Shown here: piece after piece, positions 49,833 through 58,144 of the stretch
Layout: each line of letters starts with the position of its first letter
Numbering within the stretch: the first letter of the stretch is position 1
Assembly (NCBI GenBank): GCA_003158475.1
Contig: PMJR01000066.1
Coordinates: forward strand, 1-62,258
DNA from: Ignavibacteriota bacterium
Lineage (GTDB): Bacteria > Bacteroidota > Ignavibacteria > UBA10030 > UBA6906
Direction: 5' to 3'
Length of the DNA stretch: 62,258 nt
Notes under the pieces: model-generated
The model's input: only the letters and a program-made list of their open reading frames with translations
Database searches by the model: none
Told to the model about the DNA's origin: nothing
Program-made: the position numbers and the translations under genes

Positions 49833-50738
49833 ATGGCAAGAACGAACCGGTCATCGACGGAGAAGGAACATCGGGAGGTCAAAAAGGAGCCCGTCAAGGA
49901 CTTCCTGAAGGACCTGGTGTTCGTGCTCGTGTCGTTTTTCTTCCTGAACAGCTTTGTGCTCGCTTCGTTCGAAGTCCCCACCGGGTCGATGGAGAACGAA
50001 ATCATGGCGGGCGATTTCCTTTTTGTCAACAAGTTCATCTACGGCGGAACGACACCGCGCACGATTCCCTTTACCAACGTCCGGCTTCCGTGGTTCAGGG
50101 TCCCCGCCCTGCGAAGCGTCGGTCGCGGCGATGTCATCGTGTTCGAATTCCCCGGGCAGCGCGAGGAGATCCAGTCGCCGGAATTCATGTTCTATCTCAA
50201 GCGCTGCGTGGCGCTCAGCGGAGACACGATCCAGGTTGTCAACAGGATCCTGTACATCAACGGGACGCCGGCGCCGATCCCCCGGAACATGAAATTCAAC
50301 AACCTGAACCCGCGGCCGCAGGCATACGCGGACCCGAAGATCTTCCCCCGCGACGCACCGTTCAACGAGGATTTCTGGGGCCCGGTCACGGTGCCGAAGA
50401 AAGGGGACGTCCTTGACCTGAACGCTTCCACCTACATGCGGTGGGCGACATTCATCGTACGGGAGGGACACCGGGTGCGCCTTGACGAACGGGCACGGGT
50501 CCTCGTCGACGGCGTGGCGGTGACGAGGTACGTCGTCCAGAGGAATTACCTCTTCGGCATGGGGGACAACCGGGACAACAGCCTTGATTCACGGTTCTGG
50601 GGGTTCATCCCCGAGGAGAACATCGTGGGGACCCCCATGATCGTGTACTGGTCATGGGACCCGGACAAGCCCCTGAGCAGCATCATCGACAAGCTCGGGT
50701 CGATCCGTCTCAGCCGCATCGGCTCCCTCATAAGGTAG
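49833..50738 (+). CDS. lepB: Signal peptidase I
   Basis: PTGSME, GDFLFVNK, YLKR, GDNRDNSLDSRFWGF. Confidence 0.95.
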   Translation: MARTNRSSTEKEHREVKKEPVKDFLKDLVFVLVSFFFLNSFVLASFEVPTGSMENEIMAGDFLFVNKFIYGGTTPRTIPFTNVRLPWFRVPALRSVGRGDVIVFEFPGQREEIQSPEFMFYLKRCVALSGDTIQVVNRILYINGTPAPIPRNMKFNNLNPRPQAYADPKIFPRDAPFNEDFWGPVTVPKKGDVLDLNASTYMRWATFIVREGHRVRLDERARVLVDGVAVTRYVVQRNYLFGMGDNRDNSLDSRFWGFIPEENIVGTPMIVYWSWDPDKPLSSIIDKLGSIRLSRIGSLIR

Positions 50739-50739
50739 C

Positions 50740-51405
50740 ATGGAAAGGACGCCGGCCGGGGGAACCGGCCCGCGCCGGGCGCGCGTCTTCCGCCGCATCC
50801 GGGACGCAGCGGAGATCCTCGGATTGACCGTCGCGCTTGCGCTTGCGGTGAAGACATGTATCGTCGACGCGGTCCACGTGCCGAGCGCCTCCATGGAAAA
50901 CACGCTCTTGGTGGGGGACTTTGTCCTCGTCAACAAGTTCGTCTACGGTCCCTCGACGCCCCGGTTCCTGCCGATCGTGGGGAGCAGGCTCCCTGCGCTG
51001 CGGCTCCCGGGCCCCGGCTCGCCCGCCCGGGGGGACGTGATCGTGTTCTACGCGCCGGAGGGGACCCCTCCGCGGCTCTATGTCAAGCGCCTGGTGGGTC
51101 TTCCGGGAGATACCGTGATGCTTCGCGGCGGGGCGTTGATCGTCAACGGACAGGAGGTCGCTCCATCCCCGTCGGCGAAACCGGCGCGAAAGCACGCGGC
51201 CGACTTCGGTCCGGTCGTTGTCCCGAAGGCCGGGGAGACGATCCTCTATTTTGTCCTGGGAGACAACCGGGACGACAGCCTGGACAGCCGGGCGTGGGGA
51301 TTTGTGCCGTTCGACCGGATCGTCGGGCGTGCCATGATGATCTACTGGTCGGTGGACGGCCGGACGGGGATCCGTTGGGGGCGACCCGGTACCGTCGTCC
51401 GATAG
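50740..51405 (+). CDS. lepB: Second, shorter signal peptidase I
   Basis: PSASME, YVKRLVG, GDNRDDSLDSRAWGF. Confidence 0.9.
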   Translation: MERTPAGGTGPRRARVFRRIRDAAEILGLTVALALAVKTCIVDAVHVPSASMENTLLVGDFVLVNKFVYGPSTPRFLPIVGSRLPALRLPGPGSPARGDVIVFYAPEGTPPRLYVKRLVGLPGDTVMLRGGALIVNGQEVAPSPSAKPARKHAADFGPVVVPKAGETILYFVLGDNRDDSLDSRAWGFVPFDRIVGRAMMIYWSVDGRTGIRWGRPGTVVR

Positions 51406-51438
51406 CCTGTTCCTCAACTGTTTTTACAATAGACTGCG

Positions 51439-52575
51439 ATGTCATCTCTGTACGTTCATATCCCCTTCTGCCAGCGCAAGTGCGTCTACTGCGACTTCTA
51501 TTCCATTGAGACAGTCTCCCTCATGGGGACGTTTCTCGACGCCCTCGACACGGAAATCGCACTTGTCGGACCGGTGGGGGAGGGGGTGTCGTTCGACACG
51601 CTCTTCTTCGGAGGAGGGACACCCTCCCTGCTCGCGCCCTCTGAGCTCGAACGCGTGATGCGTTCTCTCCGGAGTGCATTCGCGATCAGGGGGGATGCCG
51701 AGATCACGCTCGAGACCAATCCGGGGACCGTTTCACTCGAGAAGCTGCGCCAGTACCGGTCTCTCGGCGTAAACCGCCTCAGCATCGGGATCCAGTCGTT
51801 CGATGAAAACGAGCTCCGGTTCCTCGGCAGGATTCACGACGCCGCTGAGGCGTCCCGATGCGTCGGTCTGGCGCGCGAAGCGGGCTACGGAAATGTGAGC
51901 GTCGACCTTATCTATTCCCTCCCCGGCCAGACGGTGGGGGAGTGGGAGAGAACGCTGTCAACGGCGCTCGCCCTCGGTCCGGATCACGTTTCGGCATACA
52001 GCCTGATCGTGGAGGACGACACGCCGCTTGCGCGGATGGTTTCCGCAAAGCTGGTGTCGCCGAATCCCGTCGAGGCCGAAGCGGTGCTCTATGAGCACAC
52101 CATGGCCGTGATGGAACGGGCCGGATTCGAACACTATGAAGTTTCGAGCTATGCCCGGCCGGGATTCAGGAGCCTGCACAACTCCGCGTACTGGTCCCAC
52201 GCGGGATACCTCGGCTTCGGGCCCTCCGCCCATTCGTTCTGGGCCCAGGGGAACGGTGGCAGTCAACTGCGGTGGGCGAATGTGCCCGCCCTCAGCAGGT
52301 ACTGCGGCAGTCTCCGGAAGGGTGAACTCCCCGTCGCGATGCGTGAAGAGATGACGTGCGCGCAGCTGTGCAACGAGCGGATCTTCCTCGGGCTGAGGAG
52401 CTCCGGCGTGGACCTCCGGAGGCTGGGAGATGAATTCGGGCTGCCGGCGGACAGGCTTGCGCTTGCCGGGGCACTCGTGGAGGACGGGGCGGCGGTGATG
52501 GACCGCGGCACACTGCGCCTGACGGCCCGCGGGTACATGCTCTGCGATGAGATTGCTGCGCGCATGATGGTGTGA
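51439..52575 (+). CDS. hemW: Radical-SAM heme chaperone HemW
   Basis: LYVHIPFCQRKCVYCDF, GGGTPS, YEVSSY, HNSAYW (HNxxYW). Confidence 0.9.
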   Translation: MSSLYVHIPFCQRKCVYCDFYSIETVSLMGTFLDALDTEIALVGPVGEGVSFDTLFFGGGTPSLLAPSELERVMRSLRSAFAIRGDAEITLETNPGTVSLEKLRQYRSLGVNRLSIGIQSFDENELRFLGRIHDAAEASRCVGLAREAGYGNVSVDLIYSLPGQTVGEWERTLSTALALGPDHVSAYSLIVEDDTPLARMVSAKLVSPNPVEAEAVLYEHTMAVMERAGFEHYEVSSYARPGFRSLHNSAYWSHAGYLGFGPSAHSFWAQGNGGSQLRWANVPALSRYCGSLRKGELPVAMREEMTCAQLCNERIFLGLRSSGVDLRRLGDEFGLPADRLALAGALVEDGAAVMDRGTLRLTARGYMLCDEIAARMMV

Positions 52576-52606
52576 TGTCCTCCCCCCACTTCCCGGGATT
52601 CAGGTC

Positions 52607-53578
52607 ATGAGAGTACTCGTCACGGGGATCGATGGCTTCGTCGGAAGCCATGCCGCCGAATACCTGCTCGGCATCGACGGGATGGAACTGCACGGCACGC
52701 ATTTTCTGCATCAGCAGACCGGCAACATCGACCATCTCCGCGGACGCATTACCCTCCACGAAGCCGATATCGTCGACGCGGAGGCCGTGCGGAGCATATT
52801 CAAGGCTGTGCGTCCCGACAAGGTGGTCCACCTGGCGGGGCAGGCATACGTTCCCACGGCGCTGCGCGATCCGTACGGGACATTCAGCGTGAACGTCATG
52901 GGGGGCGTCGCGGTGCTCGACGCAGCCCGGCGGCAGGCGGAAGAAAGGGGTACGGGGCCGGATCTCCTCCTCGTCAGTTCGGGGGAGGTGTACGGGAAAC
53001 CCCGGCTGGAACCGATCAACGAAGAGTCGCCCGTCAGGCCGGAAAATCCGTATGCTGCGAGCAAGGCGAGCGTCGATCTCATCGGCCAGGCGTACCGCCG
53101 CACGTTCGGCGTTCGCGTCAGCGTCGTCCGTCCTTTCAACCACGCCGGTCCCCGTCAGAGTCCCGTCTTCGTCTCTTCTGATTTCGGCCGCCAGTTCGCG
53201 CTCATCGCTGCGGGGAAGAACGAACCGGTGATACATGCCGGCAATATCGACGTACGCCGGGATTTCACCGACGTGCGCGACGTGGTCCGCGCATACTGGG
53301 CGATCCTCACGCACGCCTCCGAACACACCGTGTTCAATCTCTGTTCCGGGCGCGTCGTCGCCATCCGCGATCTCATCGACATGTTCCAGCAGGTGTCGGG
53401 AATACGGGTGACGGTACGGACCGAGGAATCACGGACGCGGGGAGGGGAAGCGCCTCTGATCGCCGGGAGCTATGCACGGTTGCGCGAGGCGACCGGCTGG
53501 GAGCCCATGATCCCGCTCGAGAAGACGCTGGCGGATGTCTTTGCATACTGGACCGCTGAGATCGATTCACGCGGATGA
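52607..53578 (+). CDS. Extended SDR, GDP-mannose dehydratase / GDP-4-keto-6-deoxymannose reductase-like
   Basis: TGIDGFVGSH, SSGEVYG, PYAASK, RPFNHAGPRQ, RDFTDVRDVV. Confidence 0.88.
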   Translation: MRVLVTGIDGFVGSHAAEYLLGIDGMELHGTHFLHQQTGNIDHLRGRITLHEADIVDAEAVRSIFKAVRPDKVVHLAGQAYVPTALRDPYGTFSVNVMGGVAVLDAARRQAEERGTGPDLLLVSSGEVYGKPRLEPINEESPVRPENPYAASKASVDLIGQAYRRTFGVRVSVVRPFNHAGPRQSPVFVSSDFGRQFALIAAGKNEPVIHAGNIDVRRDFTDVRDVVRAYWAILTHASEHTVFNLCSGRVVAIRDLIDMFQQVSGIRVTVRTEESRTRGGEAPLIAGSYARLREATGWEPMIPLEKTLADVFAYWTAEIDSRG

Positions 53579-54732
53579 ACATTCTTGTCGTCAACTGGCA
53601 GGACATCACCAACCCGCTCTCCGGCGGCGCGGAAGTCCATTGCCATGAGATCTTCTCCCGGATCGTCCGTGGCGGACACCGCGTGACCCTCTGCTGTTCG
53701 TCGTACCGGGGATCGGTGGGGCGCGAGAGCATCGACGGGATCGAGATACGCCGCTTCGGGAGCAGGCCGTTGTTTAATTTTGTGTTCCCTTTCGCGTACC
53801 TGGCCTGCCTGCGCGGGGGGGACTATGATGTGGTCGTGGAGGACCTCAACAAGGTCCCATTTTTTTCCCCCCTGTACGTGCGGCGTCCGCTCGCCGGAAT
53901 CGCCCATCATCTTTTCGGCAAAAGCGTCTTCCGTGAAACGGACCTCCTCTCCGCCGCCTATGTCTACGTGATGGAGCGTTGCGCAATGGCGCTCTACAGG
54001 ACGAGAATCCCTTTCATGGTCGTCTCCCGGAGCACCGAACAGGAATTCCTCGCCAACGGCTTCTCCCCCGGCCGGCTCGCCGTCATTCACAACTGCGTCG
54101 ATCACCGCAGGTACAATGTCGGCGAGGGGACGAAAAGTGCCGGTCCCCTTGCCGTGTATTTCGGACGGCTAAAGAAGTACAAGAGCGTCGATCACTTTCT
54201 GCGTGCGCTCCCCGCCGTCCTTGCCGCCTTCCCCCCCCTTAAGGCGGTGGTCGCGGGGGACGGGGATGATCTCGAACGGCTCCGCGAAACGGCGCGCGGG
54301 CTCGGGATACAGGACGCGGTCGAATTCACGGGGTTCCTCACCGAAGCGCAGAAGGTCGACCTCCTCCGGAGAGCCTGGTTCACCGTGACGACTTCGCTGA
54401 AGGAGGGGTGGGGACTCACGGTGATCGAAGCGAATGCGTGCGGAACACCGTCGGTCGCTGCGGATGTTCCCGGACTCAGGGATGCCGTCAGGGAAGGAGA
54501 GACGGGGCTTTTATTTCCCTACGGGGACATCGGAGCGCTGAGCGCCCGCATGTTCCGTCTCCTGGAGGACGGGGCGCTCCGGCGGCGTCTCGGGGAGGGT
54601 GCTGTGAGATGGGCTGCGACGTTCGACTGGGATGACGCGGCGGAAAGGACTCTTGCGTTTCTCTCGGGCGTAACCGGAGAATCTCCCCGCGCCCCGGAGA
54701 GCCCCTCCCACGGGAAGAAACTCACTTCATGA
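53575..54732 (+). CDS. Glycosyltransferase family 4
   Basis: NPLSGGAE, GRLKKYK, KEGWGLTVIEANACGTP. Confidence 0.9.
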   Translation: MNILVVNWQDITNPLSGGAEVHCHEIFSRIVRGGHRVTLCCSSYRGSVGRESIDGIEIRRFGSRPLFNFVFPFAYLACLRGGDYDVVVEDLNKVPFFSPLYVRRPLAGIAHHLFGKSVFRETDLLSAAYVYVMERCAMALYRTRIPFMVVSRSTEQEFLANGFSPGRLAVIHNCVDHRRYNVGEGTKSAGPLAVYFGRLKKYKSVDHFLRALPAVLAAFPPLKAVVAGDGDDLERLRETARGLGIQDAVEFTGFLTEAQKVDLLRRAWFTVTTSLKEGWGLTVIEANACGTPSVAADVPGLRDAVREGETGLLFPYGDIGALSARMFRLLEDGALRRRLGEGAVRWAATFDWDDAAERTLAFLSGVTGESPRAPESPSHGKKLTS

Positions 54733-54801
54733 GACGCTTGATAAGCCGTATCTGCCGCAACTGGCCCTTCACGTTTGCCTCCTGATCGTTTTCCCGGACC
54801 G

Positions 54802-56952
54802 TCAGTTCAAGAATTCCCATGAAATTCCGAACCTGATCGCCCGCTCCCCTCCGGGATAATACGGCGTGCCGAAGTACCGGTTACCGGCCAGGTTCTCCCA
54901 TATGAAATGGATGTACGCATCGCCGATGTGTCCGATCAGGAAAAAATCGGCGCTCGCGGTCGTTCCGAGCGGCGTCCCGGTGTTCGCCACATACGCGATC
55001 ATCTCCGGATTGAACAGGAATCCTACGTAGGGGAGCGTGAACCGTCCCCTGAAACCGGTCTTCAGCTCCAGCTTGTCGTTCACGAGTTTCTTCCGGTAGA
55101 AGAGGCCCCCGCTCCCGGAGAACTTCGGATATGCCTGAAGTATTGCGCCGCCGGATTTCTGGAGAAGGTACTCCAGGTTCCCCTCGAGCGAGAATGACCA
55201 GAAGCGGACGTCGAGATGCGCGGTGACCCCGCTCGTGTTTACCGCGGGACCGTTCGCGATGACTGCGCCCGGGAAGGGGGAAGCCGTTCCGTTGTAGGGG
55301 GTGAATGTGATCGGGTCGGTAACCGTCCTGTGAAAGAGCGCCAGGCGGACCGTCCCTGTCTCCGCAGTCCCGAATGTCGCTCCCGCTTCTTCAACAGTGT
55401 GGTGTTCGGCGACGATCGGCCCCGTCCGTACCACAGTGGAATCGGTCCAGAAGAGCTCCTGGTAATTCGGCACGCGCCACGACTGGCTCACTCCGCCGTA
55501 GAGGCTGAGCCATCGTCCGAAACGGAGCGTTGCGTCCGCACCGTACCCCGCGTACTCTTTCCCGAGGTACGAGTCGATCCTCGCGTAGAGAGCGACCGCG
55601 ACGGGACCCTCCGGATCGATCTCCTCCTTTCCCCAGAGTGCCCCCACGACGTTCCGGCGCCGTCCGAGGTTCGGACTCCCTTCGATCTGGCGGAGTTCCA
55701 CATTCCCCCCGACGCCGAGGTGCTGGAAACCCGTTGCGACGTCCTGTGTCGCCTGGACACCCGTCCAGGATGAAACATGGTCCGAGGAGACCCCCGGTGG
55801 AAAATCATGGTAGGGGTCCTCCCGTTCCCGGAACTCTCTCATCGTGTGGGAGTAATACAACGTGAGGTTCGTGACGTCTGCGGTGTCCCCCAGGAATGTC
55901 CCGACAAGGGAGAGATCGAAGTCGTTCCTTGTCACCTTTTCGTATGTGCTGTCCTGTTTCATAACCGCGAGTGTATTGTCGAACGCGGTCAGAAAGCCGC
56001 TCAACGTATCAACCACACCGCCGTTCATCTGCGTCTGTGTCGACGTGTGATAGTGGGAGAGTATGAGGTTGATGTCATGCGATATGTTGTACCTGATCTT
56101 CTCTCTTGCGTTCCAGGCGTCGTGCGCTTCGCCGATGAACCTCCCGTCCGTCGTCTGGTGCTGAAAACCGAGAGTGACGTTCATTTTCCGCGATATATTC
56201 TGGCTGAACGTGCCGTCGACGTTGGAGTAACCGTACGCGCCTTCGGAGTAGTTGAACTTGGTAAAAGGCTTGTTGCTGTTGTAGTTCTTTGTCACGAGGT
56301 TGACCGCAGCGCCCGTACTGTTGAGGCCGTAGAGGAACGCCCTGGGTCCTGTCACCACCTCGATCCGGTCGGCATATTCGGCCGTGAAATCATACAGCTT
56401 GAACACGCCGGATGCGGGGTCGTTCAACCCCCTCCCGTTGGAGCTTACCCTTGCAGCCCGCCAGTCGACCCCATCGAATGTGGCCTGGCTGTACTGTCCC
56501 TCGCTCTCCTGGTCCATCATGAAGACTCCGGGGAAGGACTCCAGTATCCCCCCCAGGGAGCGATAGTCGAGCCAGTGGAGGTCCCGGCTTGTCCTGACCC
56601 CGGAGGTGTCGGCGAACCGGTCGAGCGTCCCCACGAGGGACGGCGTGCTCATCCTTCCCAGCGTGTCCGCTGCCGCCGCACTGGAATCGTTCCTCCCCTG
56701 TCTCAGGGAGTCGGCCGCCGCATGACGGATCCGAAGTGAGTCCTCGCGAGGAGTACGGGGTCGCGTGGAATCCGGAGGGGGTGCTTGTGGCGCCAGCGCT
56801 GCCGCCATCTTTGGCAGCGGCTTCGGTAGCGCCGCAGGCGCCACAATGACGCAGAGCAGGAGCAGGCAGAGAGCGATCAACGCCCTCCTGCGTCCCGGCC
56901 GCCGTCGGACTGGTTCAGATCTGGTTCGGGACGCAGAACGTCGCAACTTCAT
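54802..56952 (-). CDS. TonB-dependent receptor-like / putative porin
   Basis: Plug motif DRIEVVTGPRAFLYG...AVNLVT; beta-barrel ending RFGISWEF. Confidence 0.8.
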   Translation of the reverse strand: MKLRRSASRTRSEPVRRRPGRRRALIALCLLLLCVIVAPAALPKPLPKMAAALAPQAPPPDSTRPRTPREDSLRIRHAAADSLRQGRNDSSAAAADTLGRMSTPSLVGTLDRFADTSGVRTSRDLHWLDYRSLGGILESFPGVFMMDQESEGQYSQATFDGVDWRAARVSSNGRGLNDPASGVFKLYDFTAEYADRIEVVTGPRAFLYGLNSTGAAVNLVTKNYNSNKPFTKFNYSEGAYGYSNVDGTFSQNISRKMNVTLGFQHQTTDGRFIGEAHDAWNAREKIRYNISHDINLILSHYHTSTQTQMNGGVVDTLSGFLTAFDNTLAVMKQDSTYEKVTRNDFDLSLVGTFLGDTADVTNLTLYYSHTMREFREREDPYHDFPPGVSSDHVSSWTGVQATQDVATGFQHLGVGGNVELRQIEGSPNLGRRRNVVGALWGKEEIDPEGPVAVALYARIDSYLGKEYAGYGADATLRFGRWLSLYGGVSQSWRVPNYQELFWTDSTVVRTGPIVAEHHTVEEAGATFGTAETGTVRLALFHRTVTDPITFTPYNGTASPFPGAVIANGPAVNTSGVTAHLDVRFWSFSLEGNLEYLLQKSGGAILQAYPKFSGSGGLFYRKKLVNDKLELKTGFRGRFTLPYVGFLFNPEMIAYVANTGTPLGTTASADFFLIGHIGDAYIHFIWENLAGNRYFGTPYYPGGERAIRFGISWEFLN

Positions 56953-57845
56953 ACCCGGGAATGTGGGGGAGTGATAAACGTCCGGACGCCGGGCGATGTG
57001 AGCGAAGCCGCTGCGAGACCGGCGGCTCCCGTGTCATGAAAGAATCCGTAGACTGATGACCCGCTCCCCGACATCGACGCAAAGAGGGCCCCGTCCCTCG
57101 CCATCGATTCCTTGATGGACCGGATCACGGGGTGCTCCCGGAAAACGGGAGACTCGAAATCGTTGACCAGGTGTTCGCGCAGGAGGAGGGGATCCGACAT
57201 CCCGCGGAGGAGAAGGGAGCGGAGGTCTTCCTGATCCGGCCGTTCCGGCGGTCGCGGGACGATGCGCGAGTAGGCCCATCGTGTCGAGACCTGGACAGGG
57301 GGTGTGCACAGGAGAATGGCGAACGGGACGTCGAGCCGGAAGTATTCCAGAACCTCTCCTCTTCCCGTCCCGAGCGCGGAGTCCTCCCCGAGGAAGAACG
57401 GGACGTCGGAGCCCAGCCGGAGTGCCAGTGCACGGAGATCGTCCTGGGGAAGGCTCTTCCCCCACAGCGCAGGGAGTGACCGGAGCACAGCAGCGGCGTC
57501 CGCGCTTCCACCCCCCAGGCCGGCCCCGATGGGTATGCGCTTGGTGATGTCAATTCGTACTCCGGGTCGTACTCCGGGCCGCACCTCCGTTCCTGCATCG
57601 AGCCTTTCCCGGAGCATCAGTGCCGCGGCGTAGCAGATGTTCGTCTGATCAGAGGGGGCCGCGGCATCGGTTGTGTGCACCGTGATGGCGTCCGAGGGAC
57701 GGAGAAGGATGTCGTCGAAGAGGCCGATGCGGTGGAAAACCGTGCGGATCTCGTGATACCCGTCGGTCCGCTTCCCCGTCACACGCAATCCGAGATTGAT
57801 CTTGGCGTATGCCCTGCAACTGATCTGGGGGGGAATGGGGGACAT
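56949..57845 (-). CDS. ispE: 4-diphosphocytidyl-2-C-methyl-D-erythritol kinase
   Basis: AKINLGL, KRIPIGAGLGGGSADAA, LGSDVPFF, MSGSGSSV. Confidence 0.96.
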   Translation of the reverse strand: MSPIPPQISCRAYAKINLGLRVTGKRTDGYHEIRTVFHRIGLFDDILLRPSDAITVHTTDAAAPSDQTNICYAAALMLRERLDAGTEVRPGVRPGVRIDITKRIPIGAGLGGGSADAAAVLRSLPALWGKSLPQDDLRALALRLGSDVPFFLGEDSALGTGRGEVLEYFRLDVPFAILLCTPPVQVSTRWAYSRIVPRPPERPDQEDLRSLLLRGMSDPLLLREHLVNDFESPVFREHPVIRSIKESMARDGALFASMSGSGSSVYGFFHDTGAAGLAAASLTSPGVRTFITPPHSRV

Positions 57846-57853
57846 GGTGCTGA

Positions 57854-57882
57854 AATATACGCCCGAAAGAGCGCGAAAGCAA
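57854..57882 (-). promoter_or_regulatory. ispE promoter, probably leaderless
   Basis: TTGCTT-N17-TATATT; ATG 8 nt downstream; no SD sequence. Confidence 0.55.
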
Positions 57883-57963
57883 AACACGGGGAACAGGATC
57901 GAACAGGGGTAACGCCCCGTCTCCGTGCCCCTCGGCACGGGCGGTGTCCCACGGCACAGCTGG

Positions 57964-57992
57964 TTGACTCTCGTCGGAACCGGGATTACATT
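57964..57992 (+). promoter_or_regulatory. sigma70-type promoter
   Basis: TTGACT-N17-TACATT. Confidence 0.6.
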
Positions 57993-58016
57993 ATAAACAT
58001 ACAGTTCATTGATCAG

Positions 58017-58061
58017 ACGGCTTCTTGTGTCCTGTTTTTGGGGAGAGGGGCCGTTTTTTTT
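58017..58061 (+). terminator. Intrinsic terminator-like hairpin in a 5' leader
   Basis: ACGGCTTCT...AGGGGCCGT followed by a T-run. Confidence 0.6.
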
Positions 58062-58144
58062 GCTTTCGCATAAGGATGCGGGACTCGGTCCTTGGACGAC
58101 AAACGCAAACGCAAAATCGCGCTTCTCTGAGGAGAAAGACGGCC

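Noticed and set aside
51439-52575. Annotation as coproporphyrinogen III oxidase HemN
   Set aside because: Short N-terminus, HNxxYW motif and lepA linkage indicate HemW
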